Under the pieces are notes generated by a model. It searched no databases. It was not told the origin of the DNA and saw only the letters and a list, made by a program, of their open reading frames with translations. A DNA stretch of 63,894 nt, the filler included, from Collodictyon triciliatum (Eukaryota), in assembly GCA_043381765.1 (NCBI GenBank). It is 5 parts of 5 records of this genome, joined end to end, with 100 filler letters (N's around TTAATTAATTAA, not from the genome) between each part and the next. Parts side by side here need not be neighbours in the genome. Positions count along the whole stretch, not along the records: positions 1 to 18,399 come from JBHJMP010001366.1; 4 more parts are not named here. One strand, given 5' to 3'. Position 1 is the stretch's first letter; each line of letters begins with the position of its first letter. Below are positions 1 to 12,436 of the stretch, one piece after another. The position numbers and the translations under genes were made by a program.

Positions 1-2091
1 TTCGATTACCATCGTTCAAATATATTAAAAAAAATCCTTTTTATGCATACAAATTATATTTTCGTATATTTGTTTTGGTTTGTATAATGATTTATTTATT
101 TATTCAATACATACAGTATGCTTCCTATGATTGTTTCATATCGATGATTCTATCATTTTATTAAATACTTGATATTGTTCGGTTTATTCTTATTTGGTCA
201 AAATATGGCCGAGTACAAGTATTAACCCATAAACAAATTTATTGATAATCTTTATTTTTATTTTTTTATAAAATATTCAAATACAAGGATTCATTGTTTG
301 CATTGATAGAAATGTAAACAAATTGAGTAGCTATAGTTTCAGTTCTAAAATATCTCTTGAAATGATTGTGATTATAAATTGAATAATATCAATACCTTTT
401 TTTTATTTTTGTATCATGAGTTTTAGCTTTTTATAAACACTGATTTCATCTTGGGTTCCAAAGGAACTTAAAAATCACATGGTTTCGAGCTCAATGAAAT
501 AAGATTTACATAAAACATGTCGCTATTAATAGTCAAAAGAATATAGTCAAATTTTTATCGATATAACTAATTAGTGCTTTGGATTTGATTTAATGAATAA
601 TATTAATATGGAAACTGACATACGATTGGATTTTTTATATAGTTGGTTGATTAGAACCCACAATTAAGAACCTCCTTATAGAATGAAATAATCACGATGG
701 AACAGATACATGCAAATCTGTAGTGAAACTTATTGCTAATCATTGAACCTCTTAGAGATGATACCCAGCTCTCACAAAACATATTTTGGTGTTTCAATCA
801 GTTGTTAATGAAAGTTTACCGATTATTAGGATGTGACTCGTCGCTTGACCGCCATTTACATACACATATGGCTGTACTTCATGAGTAAGCATGGTTCTAA
901 AACAATTAATAATACAGCTAACTGAAGGAAGATTTCATATACTCAATTAAAGACTTTTAAATCCAGAACAAATTTTATCGGAAGCCATGTTCAAGAGTGT
1001 CATCATTTTTCTCGTATAATAATTATTCGATATTGTGAAGCAAACAGGTTTTCTTTCATAGTTGATTCAATATAAATTATCTAATAAGATGGCTGTTTTA
1101 ACCTCTGGTTGCTTGATTAATTACTGTGTAACTATGTGGTTAACACTAAGACGATTCGAATAAATGGTTCTTCTTATCCTAACATTTTTTCATTTTGATG
1201 ATGAATAACAATTTATACGAATGCAACAACCATAAACATTTTTCTTATAATTTGGAACTGACATTTATAATTTTAGGAATGACTAAAGTTCTAGCCGTCA
1301 CAGTAATTATATACAAATAGTTCCATTCTCATTTAATTATTTTATTTATTTATCAAATCATATGAAATTCAAAATTATAATACTCTTATCCATCATAATT
1401 CATTTGTATTTGCAATTATACGTTTTAGTTTATCGGTGAATATCTCGAGATTTAAAATAATTGATTATTTATCTGGTTTATATGAAGTTGAAATATGAGA
1501 GAGAATTAAAATACTGAATCATGATATATGAGCGTACGAAAAGACAGGTGGTTTACAGATTTGATATTGATTTATTAAAAGGAAAGTTTAAAATAAAAAT
1601 AAGACAGTTAATGTAAAAAAATTATAAAATCAAATAATTAAAATAAATTTTTACACTGAAAAATTCATTCATTTTTCCTACGCAATATATTTACATTGAT
1701 TAATTTTTTATAAATAATGCATTATTTTCATTCTATCAATCTATATCACATGGAAAATCTATAATATTTGATAAATAGACACAAAATTAAGCTGCGATTT
1801 GAGAATTCCCTTAATTGATACTGAATATTCTTGAAATTATGTTTGCTGAATATTCCTATGGTGAATAAAATATCAGCAGAATTGATAATATTCAACTTAT
1901 AATGAGAAATTGGTTGCAATAGGATAGGAATGTACTCGACAGACGAAAAAAGAACCATTTTTAAACGCAATAATTTCTTCGAATCGAGAAGGACATCTCC
2001 CAAAATTCCTGCAACGTGTGTTTCATAATTCAATCTGTGATAAATACATTTGATTAATAGTCTTAATTATAAATATATAACCAGAAATTCG

Positions 2092-5000
2092 ATGCTTTTG
2101 GTTGCGTTTGTTGCCATCGTTTTCATTGTTTCATCGGCATCCTCAATTCATCCACGTCAAAGGTATATTTTGATTTATTAATATTTATAGAATACACTTT
2201 CGACTCAAACAAGATAAACAGATGTCAGTATTCAAGAGATGAGTTGCTTTCCATGAAAGTCGAAGATGCATTCCAAATTCTGTTGAGCCACTACGATGAG
2301 ACATGTCCTTTGTTAAAGGAGAGTGAGGGGATTTTTTCAGGACTGATGGATGGCTGCAAAGATGGAGAACCCTCTCTAGAAAATGGACAAAGTGCTGAAT
2401 GGAATTATGGAAGAAAATCAACATCTAGTAAGGCCGATTTCTACAAAGAAATTCATTTGCCAAAACGAAGTAGAAACAGAGAACGGTGGTTGGAGAACGA
2501 AGAGAACCGAAATGTGGTTGATGGAAATACCAAGACCCAATACGAACTGCTTGTCCAACTTTACGATTCACTTGGCGGCGATGATTGGTTTCGGAACACT
2601 GGATGGAAGAATGAAAGTATCCCGATTTGTGATTGGTATGGAATAGCGTGTCATCAGAGCTGCTCAGATGAGGATTATAAGGTGATTCCTTGAAATGGTG
2701 GTTATCTCTCTTGATTTCATTTTAACATATTTTCTTTATATTTATAGAGCAACACATGCCCTATCGTGGAAATCAGGATGTCTGAAAACAATCTTAACGG
2801 TGACATTGAAGCCGCCTCCACGATTTTTGAGAAGCTCCAATTATTGGATTATTTGGACATGAGCCACAACTTCATTTACGGAAATCTTCCAGATTTTAAT
2901 CTCCCAAGTATTACGTATCTGAATCTCTTTGTGAATCAAATTACAGGAACGATTCTAGACTTTCAAGGAATGCCGAATATTGAACATATTGAGATTGATG
3001 GGAATGAATTGGAAGGAACAATACCGAATTTTTCTCAAATTCAGTCGCTAAAGATATTATATGTTGGTGCAAGTGAAAAAACCACAGGTTTGGAGTGATT
3101 TTCTATAAGGTTTATTCTGAATTCTAATGATTTTTCCATTTCAGGAACTCTGCTTGACTTCTCAGCGTTGCCAAATGTTCAGATTCTTGCCATTTATAGC
3201 TGCAAAATTTATGGTTTGTTTTTCATGTAATTAAATATGATGGCATACAAGTACTAATTTTTTATATTAATCACAGGAACAGTTCCAAACTTCAGTGGAA
3301 TTCCAAATGTTGAAATAATTTATCTTGACAACAACCAATTGAATGGTAATTTTAGTTATTATTTCATATATGATTCATGAAAACTAACTTTATACTACAG
3401 GAACAGTTCCAAACTTCAGTAGAATTCCAAATCTTGAAATAATTGATATTTCTAGCAACCAGTTGACCGGTAAATTTTAATTATAATTTCGTGTTTTATT
3501 TATAAAAACTAACTTTATACTACAGGAACAGTTCCGAACTTCAGTGGAATTCCAAATCTTGAAATAATTTATCTTTACAACAACCAGTTGGATGGTAAAT
3601 TTATATAATAATTTTATGTATTATTGATGAAAACTAACTTTATACTCTAGGAACCGTTCCAAACTTCAGTGAAATTCTAAATCTTTTATGGGTTTATTTT
3701 CACAGCAATCAATTGAATGGTAAATTTTAATGATTAATTTCATGTAATATAAAAAAAAGGCTAACTTTATAATAGGAACGGTTCCAAATTTTAGTAGAAT
3801 TCCAAATGTTTTAGGAATTTATCTTTCCAGCAACCAATTGAGTGGTAATTTATTTATTATTATTTTCATGTATTATTTATAAATAGCTGACTAACTTTAC
3901 ATTACAGGGACCATTCCAAACTTCAGTGGAATTCTACATGCAGAAATGATTTACCTTGATAGAAACAGACTGAATGGTGAATTCTATTCATTTTTTCTTT
4001 CTTTTGATTTTACATTTCCTTTCATATTAATGGGTAATTTTAGGCGCAATTCCAAACTTATCAAATTTGGGGAAACTGGAGATTTTTTCTGTTAATGACA
4101 ATCGGTTGGAGGGAGAGGTTCCAGATTTCAAATATTGCGAAAGCATCAAGGAAATAGTATTGTTCCGTAACAAGTTGACAGGCACATTGCCGATGTTCAA
4201 TCTGAATAACCTGACAAGACTGGATGTGAGTGAAAACCAAGTCAGTGGCTCTATCCCAGAAAATTGGATATTGCCTTCAATTAAATACATCGACTTGTCT
4301 TGGAACAAAATGAACGGCATAATCCCAACCTATTTTCAGGAATTACAAGAGCTGAAATCACTCGTTTTATCACACAATAAATTTTCTGGAAGCATGCCTG
4401 ATTTATTCTGGAATCTGCCGAATCTAGTCACAATTGACTTAAGAAACAACTCATTTTCAGGAGACGTTGGTATTTTTATTGTTCCAGTTTCATGGAATAA
4501 CGATTATTTTTATGAAAACCTTTTGCTTGATGATAATGGACTGAATGGAGTATTGAATTGGTGGATTTTTGACTATGTTACTAATATAAAAATTTTAAGC
4601 CTTAAAAATAACAACATCACTAAGCTTGATGACCTTACAAATCTGTTGAGATGGACTTCCCTTGACCTCACTGGAAATCCGATTGTTGGAAATATCCCTG
4701 AAACATACATCGGGTTTTCAAAGCTCGAGTATCTGGGATTGAATAAAACATCGATGAATCATGGAACAGCTAATTTCCTTCCTGATTTCATGAATTTTAC
4801 GACATCTTTCAATCTTCAAGATGAAACGAAACACTACCTTTGTCCTTCCATAGTCTCGAAATCTGGTCTGATTGAGTTGGAGGTTGACTTGAATCCAGAA
4901 TACTATGATTTTGAATTTTGTAAATGCTTACCTGGATATTTCGGCTTTGGTAATAACTGCGTTCAATGCCCAAGAGGATGTGATTGCCTTGATGGAACGT

Positions 5001-6586
5001 CCTTGAAATTCTGTCATGCTTCACCAAGCGTTACCTCTGTGAAATCAATACTGCCATGTCCACGTCGTGAGTCATGTGATGTATCGATTCCAGAGAAAAT
5101 TTCGAATTCAAGTGCGACGGTCGAAATCATAGACCTGTGTCAAGAGGGTTATGAAGGTTATGCCTGCTCAAAATGTCATAATGGATACGGAAATCAAGGA
5201 AGGTCGTGTGTAAAATGCGATAAAGGAACGATTTATTCTGCTATGGTTCTTGGTTCGATTGGATTCTTTATGTTCATTTGCTACCTGTATCTGACAGAGA
5301 CATCAAAATCAGGTAAATGTTACTAAATTATTTCACGTGATTCTCATATTAATCAGAATATTTCATTCAGCGAAACTCAGAATAATAATGTTCCACATGC
5401 AAACACTGTCGATTGTGTCTAGTGGAATCATTCTTTCAGAAGATGCAAACAGCTTTATTGATGTCTCATCGTCTATTGGCTCAATTCAATTTCCCAACCT
5501 TTCCTGTGTCCTTGGAGTAGACGATGTGTTTGTTTCTCTGATGTTCAGTTTTGCAAGAATACCAATCTTTATAATTGTTGGCTCAGCTACGTACTATTTC
5601 GGATATGGGCACAAGCAGAACAAAGTAAGGAGGAAAAATACATTCAATTGTAAATTCATCATATTTGTTTCAGTTTCATCTTTAGTAGTACTAAATTATT
5701 ATTTTTTTGGCAGGCTGTTTTCATCGCATTGAATCTTCTGTTTTTTATATACTACTCAGTTGCAAGAGAGGTGTTCGGTGTTTTTGGATGCACCGTTTAT
5801 GACGAAGGTGTGAATAAATGGTATCTAAATTTCAAGCCCTGGATTCAATGCAGCCCAGCCTCGGATGAATATCAAAAACTGCTCGCAATATCTGTCCCGG
5901 TTTTCGTTCTTTTCTTGGTCGGTCTGCCTGCTTTTTCATTGTGGAAATTGAAAATCATGGCAGAAAGATCTGGAATCGAACCAGGAGCGCGATATGGATT
6001 CCTTTACTTGCCATACAAAGAGGTATGTGATTCCATATTCTTTCTTTTGCATTATCAATTGTGAATTATTTATGAGAATAACATAATTTAGACCTTCAAG
6101 TATTGGGAGTTTGTCATAATCGCACGCCGCATTGCTTTTTCGTTCGTTCTCAGTGTCATTCCATACACAAGCCCAGCGGTTTTTTTCGTGCTTCTCATCA
6201 TCGTTATTCAGGTCGATTAAAATTTTATTTATATGGTGCAACATATGAGATAATTTTTTGAAAATTAATATTAAATCGAGCAAAATTATTAGAGCTCAAT
6301 TTGGATGCAAAAAGAATATAAGCCTTACGAATCGAAAATCGAAAATCAAATGGAGGTGTCCAGCCTCTACATCATTTTTTTGTCCTTCTTCCTTTCGCTC
6401 ATGTCGACTCTTTTTGACTCGCAATCGTGGATTACAGTTCTGCTTATTGGAATGAACTCAATCTGGCTGCTTTATTTTACGTTAATAGCTTTTGTGGTTC
6501 CTTTATTCAGAAGTGGAGAAATCAAAAAGACACTGGTCAAGATGAAAAATCTGAAGAAAAGACAATCTATTACCCCCTTTTCATAA
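2092..6586 (+). CDS. Multi-exon leucine-rich-repeat receptor-like membrane protein: signal peptide, LRRNT cap, many LRRs, Cys-rich region, about 9 TM helices with a TRP-like C-terminal domain
   Basis: ATG 2092 gives a hydrophobic leader MLLVAFVAIVFIVSSASS. An intron at 2163-2221 puts it in frame with LVQLYDSLGGDDW..TGW..CDWYGIAC (LRRNT cap). Plant-type LRRs follow (LxxLxLxxNxLxGxIP), then Cys-rich CKCLPGYFG/CQEGYEGYACSKC..CVKC, then TM segments with YGFLYLPYK..YWEFV..RR and KPY..ENQME motifs. Stop TAA 6584-6586. An in-frame upstream exon from ATG 1930 is possible. Confidence 0.88.
3145..3976 (+). repeat. Tandem array of seven 69-nt single-LRR exons with co-duplicated 55-63 nt introns
   Basis: Exons 3145-3213, 3277-3345, 3401-3469, 3526-3594, 3651-3719, 3776-3844 and 3908-3976, all phase 1-1. 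The period is 124-132 nt. The central introns share gtaa(a)ttt...aaactaactttatactacag. Confidence 0.93.
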
Positions 6587-6769
6587 TGAATAGACGATTA
6601 AACAAACACCAAATAAAGCATAATACCGTTTTTAGAAACTTACAATATTGGAATGTCAAGATTAACTTTATTTTTTTTCAACAGTTTTCAACGCATCGTT
6701 TATTTTTTCAGTTTTTTATACTTTGCTAATAATAGATATCCCAATCATGTCATTCATTCCAAAGGCATG

Positions 6770-7560
6770 TTTTTCTTGTCTTTATTCGATTCAAAGTGCA
6801 ACAAGGTTAAGTCATACAAAGGGGCGGTATAGGTGCGCATGGTAGAGAGCAAACGCGAGTAGGAGAGGATATTACTGTGGAGAGGCAAGCACTGGAAAGA
6901 AATCGGTGATAGCGAGTTGGTCAGGTGGGCAACCCAACTGGTAGATTGGCTGCGTGGGCAGCAGGGGTTGGATATGCTGTGGGAGATATCGCACGACACA
7001 TTCCCACATCTCTCCTCGCTTGCGGTCAGAGTAGCGAAGAATGCGGCTGTGTTTCAGGAGGCTGTTCAGGAAGCTGTATTGCACGAGGCTTTCCAGCCTG
7101 GATACATTGATTTCTCGTTCGGGTGAATCATTGGAGCGAGAGAATGCACGCACACTCCATAGGGACCACAGCATATGTCCCTTGTGACTGTCCAGAGTAT
7201 TCTAGAGTCGTGGGTCATTTGGTATTGTGCGCCAAACAGAATGTCTGACGCGCTAAGTTGGTTGGGAGCATAATCAAGCTCAGAGAGCATCTTGTGGGTA
7301 GACTCTGTCACTTTTTGAGCAAGAGAGCGCTTCACAAATGTGTGTTCGATAGAGTCATCTCCACTGTGGCACATGGTGCATTCTGGAGAGGTTGTTGCTG
7401 CATGGACTACACGCGCACCTATCCACAGCTCTCTGTTGGAGATATTGAGAAATAGGGCGCGGTGTTTCAGGAGTAGCTGAGATATAAGGGCTTGCTTCCA
7501 GCTTTTGACTATCGGCGGGTCTAAAATGCCTATAGTTTCGGCCCAACGACTCATTTCTCC
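6770..7560 (-). mobile_element. Degenerate, 5'-truncated non-LTR retrotransposon (L1/Tx1-like) ORF2 C-terminal fragment with a zf-RVT-type zinc knuckle
   Basis: GC-rich island in AT-rich DNA. The minus strand reads W..IL..PIVKSWKQ...CTMCHSGDDSIEHTFVK(R)SLAQKV, i.e. CxxC..H with the last Cys apparently mutated. A frameshift near 7175 continues as LWSLWSVR (typical W.IW..R motif), with a further disruption near 6872. AATAAA lies near the 3' end. Boundaries are approximate and no TSD was seen. Confidence 0.72.
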
Positions 7561-8755
7561 GGTTTGTAAAGATTCGGACTGATGATTTTATATCAAAACA
7601 GCTTCGAGTACGCCATGGCCATCGAGAATTGTGGAGATTTGGGTCTTCATATTAGAATTATATTCAATAGTTATACATTTAGTGACATGTTTCATGAAGA
7701 GGTAAACCGGTTCATTTATTTGAAAATTATTTGCATTCCTTTCTATGTGTTTCTCTGTCTCTTATGAGATTACTTTCTTTTCTCTGTGTCACCTTCGCTA
7801 TTTTTATTTTCGACTCTTTTTTTTTCTTTAATACGAATCACAATATCTATACCCACAAAAGCAAAGTTCTTTCCTCATTGTCTTCGACATCTCACAAATT
7901 TGCTTTCCCACCAGCCTTTTCCAAAAAAAAAAACTAAAGTACTATGCTTAAGTCTCTCAGAATAATAAATGATTTGAAGTATCTTATTGGGGAATGAATA
8001 ATATTTTGGTAATGCATAGATAACATATTGGTTTTGTTGCACAAGTCCTTTGATGCTGAAGGATTATTTGGTTGTGTATTGGTCTTGCTGCTTCATTTGA
8101 ACGGTACATATCAAGATTGTCCTCTATCCATTTGCTACTTTTATTTATTTTGTCTTATTTCTTCGCTTGAGATTGTAAAGATTATTTTATTTTATTTTTT
8201 GCTCAATCAGAGCAAGCATCACTTTCCTGCCTGATAATCTTGAAGTAATATGCGCTGTAAAGTAGAACGAATCCCCCGAAAAAGATACCCACACTATTAT
8301 TCGCGTAAATTGTATCCGTAACGATTGCACATAAAGCATAGTTTTTTCATTATCAAAAAAACTCATCTATTTCATTTCGTTCGCTTATGTCATCATTTTT
8401 TACAGGTCATGTTTTTCCCTTTTTCTTACGACCATAATTATTGTGCACTCAACCTTGTTTATTCCAGGCGATTAATTTTAACTCATTACGCTATTATTAG
8501 GTAATTTTTGGTCGGTTAGTCTCATTTCCTGATTGTTATCTTGATCTAATGACCTTCTTTTATCGCCTTCCACCGTGTTTTGGCTCCAATTGTTTCTCAT
8601 TCAATTTTTTTGTCTTGTTATAATAGGGCCTTTTATACTCAAAAAATTAAGCAAAATCGATGCATGGACCTTTGCTATAACAAAAACTGCGAATGGTTTC
8701 CTGTCATGAATGACAATCAATCCACCTTTCATGTGATTATTTTTTAAAAAAATGC

Positions 8756-8756
<1 letters not shown>

Positions 8757-8820
<64 letters not shown>
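8757..8820. repeat. (GATA)n microsatellite
   Basis: Perfect GATA run. Confidence 0.97.
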
Positions 8821-8822
<2 letters not shown>

Positions 8823-10630
8823 GGGGATAGGTATGATTTTCACAATATTTCAGTCCTTATTTTCGTTTCTAATATAATTACACATTCACGATTTATATAT
8901 GAATGAATTAAGTAAATTTTCACAGGGCAAGTCCTTTTCGTTGCCCAGCAAGAGGTTGTCAGCTTGTATAATCAAGTTTTGAAAAAAGGATTGGTAAAGA
9001 AAACCATCCATCCTCATCGGTTCTACTTTTAACAGAAAATAGTAAACTCTACGATGATTCCGTGTTTCAAGCAAAAACTAACAGCATATGGAATTAAAGA
9101 CAATATTTCAAAAAATGGTGATATTGATAGAAAAGGCGGTATGGTTTAATTGTTAAATATGTTCAAATACAACATTCTGCATAAAATGATGCAAGAAAGA
9201 AACCTTTCCAATTTGTCCAGTAATCATATGTATGGTCGACTATGGCATACCTTCTCACGACATCATCAGGATTGTCATTAAATTTTAACAAAAATAATGA
9301 ACAATTATCATGTGTTTAAAAAACCTGGGATTTAGGACATATATATAAAGAAAAAAAGTTATGCGTCTTCTATTGCATCTATTATTATCTATTGAAGTGT
9401 TTCTCAATCCATCCGTATCATTTTTCATATCCTCCGCCTATAATTCTGATAACTAAAAAGTATTACACTATTTTGTTTTGTTTTGTTTTGTTTTGTTTCC
9501 CTATCATCTGCGACTATAACTTTTGATACACAGCTAAACAGTGGAAGCAAAACACAAAAGAAACCTCCCTTTCGTTCGTGCGATTTCTGCTCGCCAATTA
9601 ATGATATAAAAACTACTCAAGTGTGTTTTGCTTGTGTTGAGAATGCTCATTGCCACCCTTCTTTTCGCGTTTATGTTTAGTAATAAAGGCTTTTCTGCCG
9701 CCTGCTTCGACCTTTGTGTAGTTGTGTGAGCGGTGTTGTGCGACTGTGCCCTTGAAGCTGAACACCGCTGACGTGATTGCCTATGCGTTGTTTGTCATGT
9801 ATAATCGTGCAGAAGACATTCTCCCACTGTGACAGACTTGCAAATACACAACTATATGGATTAACCTTGCCTAGAATTTCCTCTGCACAATACAACACAA
9901 ACACAAAAAAAATCAAATCCACAAAAAGCACACCCAAATCTGGACGAAGCATAAGCTCTACCCAGGGACATAATTTTCTGAGAGGGACAATATTCTTACA
10001 AGGGACAGAACTATGGACTGCATCTATGATATGGGAGTATACAGATTAGGTGATGTTGACACATATATACCAATTTTGTATACTTTAAACGAAACCTTGA
10101 TTCCTCACGAAAGGAAACAAAGAAGCACGGAGACTGGCCTCTTGTATATATGGTGCGGATCTCTGCGGCGAAGTTTAATCAGCCCCTGTACGACTTTTCC
10201 GCATGGAATCTCGATGGTCTCTTGTGGCTCCGCACTTCGCTCGACTGGTAAGCTATTCTCTCCGCCATCACGCCTGCTTCTCAGAAAAAAAAAAAAAGAG
10301 GCCCACGTGTCCCATATTGCCCGCGCTGTGAAGAAAACCCCTCTGTCGTATTCATTCACTTAATCTTTGTTATGTTTCTTTTTTTTTTTTGTTTTTTTTC
10401 GTGCTCTTGCATGCTTGTGTTATTGCTGCATGATGTCTTGCTTGTGTAAAAATGCGCTGGTTTCAACCTAATCTCTTCGCTTGGCAGCTTTTTGTTGGCT
10501 TCGTTTACCTGAAAAACATCGTAAGTATACCCATGTTAAGTTGCTTATCGTTGCTCACCTTTTGGAACATTTGCTTTTGAACAAACGAGTTGCTAGAATA
10601 CGTGACTTTTTTCAAGGCGTGTACTAACGT

Positions 10631-10835
10631 TCTTCTCTTCTTTTCTTTTCTTCTTTTTTTCTCTTTTTTCTCTTTTTTCTTTTCTTTTTTTCTTTTCTTT
10701 TTTCTTTTTCTCTTTTTCTTTTCTTTTTTTCTTTTCTTTCTTTTTTTTTCTTTTTTTCTTTTTTTCTTTTTTTCTTTTTTTCTTTTTTTCTTTTTTTCTT
10801 TTTTTCTTTTTTTCTTTTTTTCTTTTTTTTCTCTT
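10631..10835. repeat. Polypyrimidine low-complexity tract (T/C), probably intronic in the cyclin 5' leader
   Basis: (TTTTTTC)-like repeats lie between the donor gtaagt at 10521 and the acceptor catcag at 10842. Confidence 0.9.
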
Positions 10836-11282
10836 GCATCAGTCGTATACGATCCAACGAAGTTCTTTACTTTGATCCTGAACAACTACGACCAAACTGC
10901 CTCGTTTTTGTTCGTAAGAGACTCATTTCCCGTTGAGAATACCAAACTGTTGTAATCCCTTGTCTTGACTTTGGACAAAAACGAATGCAATACTTTTTTT
11001 TTTTCCTCCCCATATTCCCGGGGCACGACTCACGTTTTTCATTCCGAAAGGTTTCAACACAACCCCGCACAAACACTCGCAACCTGCTACCGATCAACTC
11101 AACTGTCCCCCACTCAGAACTAACTCCAGTTTATTGAGTATGCTTTTAAACCGCAATGTCGTATTTTCCCATTCGTGTTGGAATCAGATATATCTCATGT
11201 CAGATTGTTCAAATATCTTCGAGAAGAGAAAACATGGCAGGGCCTCAAAAATAATGAAAGTACCCCTGCTGCATAGAAGAAA

Positions 11283-12208
11283 ATGGTTCACGAATTCACC
11301 CAAGACACCGAAACTGCCGACTGTTACCTTTCTGTCCTTAACCACGTTTTGAATCAACTCGTTGCTCGTGGTGACTCGGTATGCATTTCCTCTGCCATTC
11401 GCCAGAGAAGGACTTAAGTAAAGGGGAAGAAGAGAAAGAAAGAAAAAAGAAACACCGGGCCAAATAGACACGTCAATTGTTATCTGCGCTTTTTTCATGT
11501 GTACATGAACTCAAACTGTTCGTTTACATAAACGCAGGTTCCTGCCAATCAGATCCAAATCACCCGTTTCCACGCAGTCAAGCCGCCAGCCATCTCCGTC
11601 AAAAGCTACCTCGAGCGGTGCATTTATTGACATACATACCCACTAATCTAGCCGTAAAAATAAGCTTATGCCTGATCAAACAAGAAAGAAAAAGAAAGCG
11701 CTTTGCCTGCACATGCACCAACCGGGAGCAATCTCTTCTTCCCTCCCCAACCCACTCCAGCATGGTCAAGTACGCGCCGTGCTCCAAGGAATGCTACGTC
11801 CTTGCGCTCATCTACATCGACCGTCTCGTGCAGTGCACGCCCGGCTTCGTCATCTCCTCGTTCAACATCCACCGACTCGCCATCACAAGCCTTCTGCTGG
11901 CCACCAAGTTCTACGACGACCTGTTCTACAACAACGCCTACTACGGCAAGGTCGGCGGCATCAGCACCAGCGAGATGAACCTGCTCGAGCTCGACTTTCT
12001 GTTTATGGTCAACTTCTCCCTCCACGTCGACGTCGAGACCTTCTGCCGCTACGACTCCGAACTCCGCAGACACGCACAGCAGCTCCACTTCACCGCCCCG
12101 CTCAGTCCGGCGCAGTACAAGTGTGCGAAACTCGCTGCTGCCGAAACGTCTCCGTCCTCGTCTGTGCCGTCGTCTCCGACTGTCAACGCCGGCGAAATGT
12201 CCTTCTAG
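11283..12208 (+). CDS. PHO80-like / U(P)-type cyclin, 3 coding exons
   Basis: Exons 11283-11378 (MVHEF..VLNHVLNQLVARGDS), 11538-~11617 (ITRFHAVKPPAISVKSYLER) and 11761-12208 (KYAPCSKECYVLALIYIDRL..NIHRLAITSLLLATKFYDDLFYNNAYYGKVGGISTSEMNLLELDFL). These are the signature motifs of the PHO80/CYCU family. Phases are consistent. Confidence 0.93.
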
Positions 12209-12318
12209 ACTCATAAACATGCTCTCTATAATAGAATCATGAGTCCATTTGATGTGTCGTATGATTGTGATGATCATTATCGTGTCTTATCACTGTTCCA
12301 TGTCAGCATAACTCAAAC

Positions 12319-12436
<118 letters not shown>

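Noticed and set aside
1-2033. Coding or transposon remnants in the first 2 kb, including ORF 1746-2033(-)
   Set aside because: No recognisable motifs, terminal repeats or consistent exon chain were found.
3145-3976. CRISPR-like repeat-spacer array
   Set aside because: The repeats are coding LRR exons and the spacers are mutually homologous GT-AG introns in a eukaryotic gene.
10304-10309. CACGTG (Pho4-type E-box) upstream of the PHO80-like cyclin
   Set aside because: A single hexamer is expected by chance, and there is no evidence of a Pho4-like regulator in this organism.
10505-10955. Lys/Glu- or Phe-rich ORFs from the ORF track (also 15508-15942, 21585-22226, 35111-35434, 40524-41327)
   Set aside because: They are translations of microsatellites or N runs, not genes.
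11666-12277. Overlapping antisense and alternate-frame ORFs over the cyclin
   Set aside because: This is an expected by-product of the GC3-rich codon usage of the true exon.
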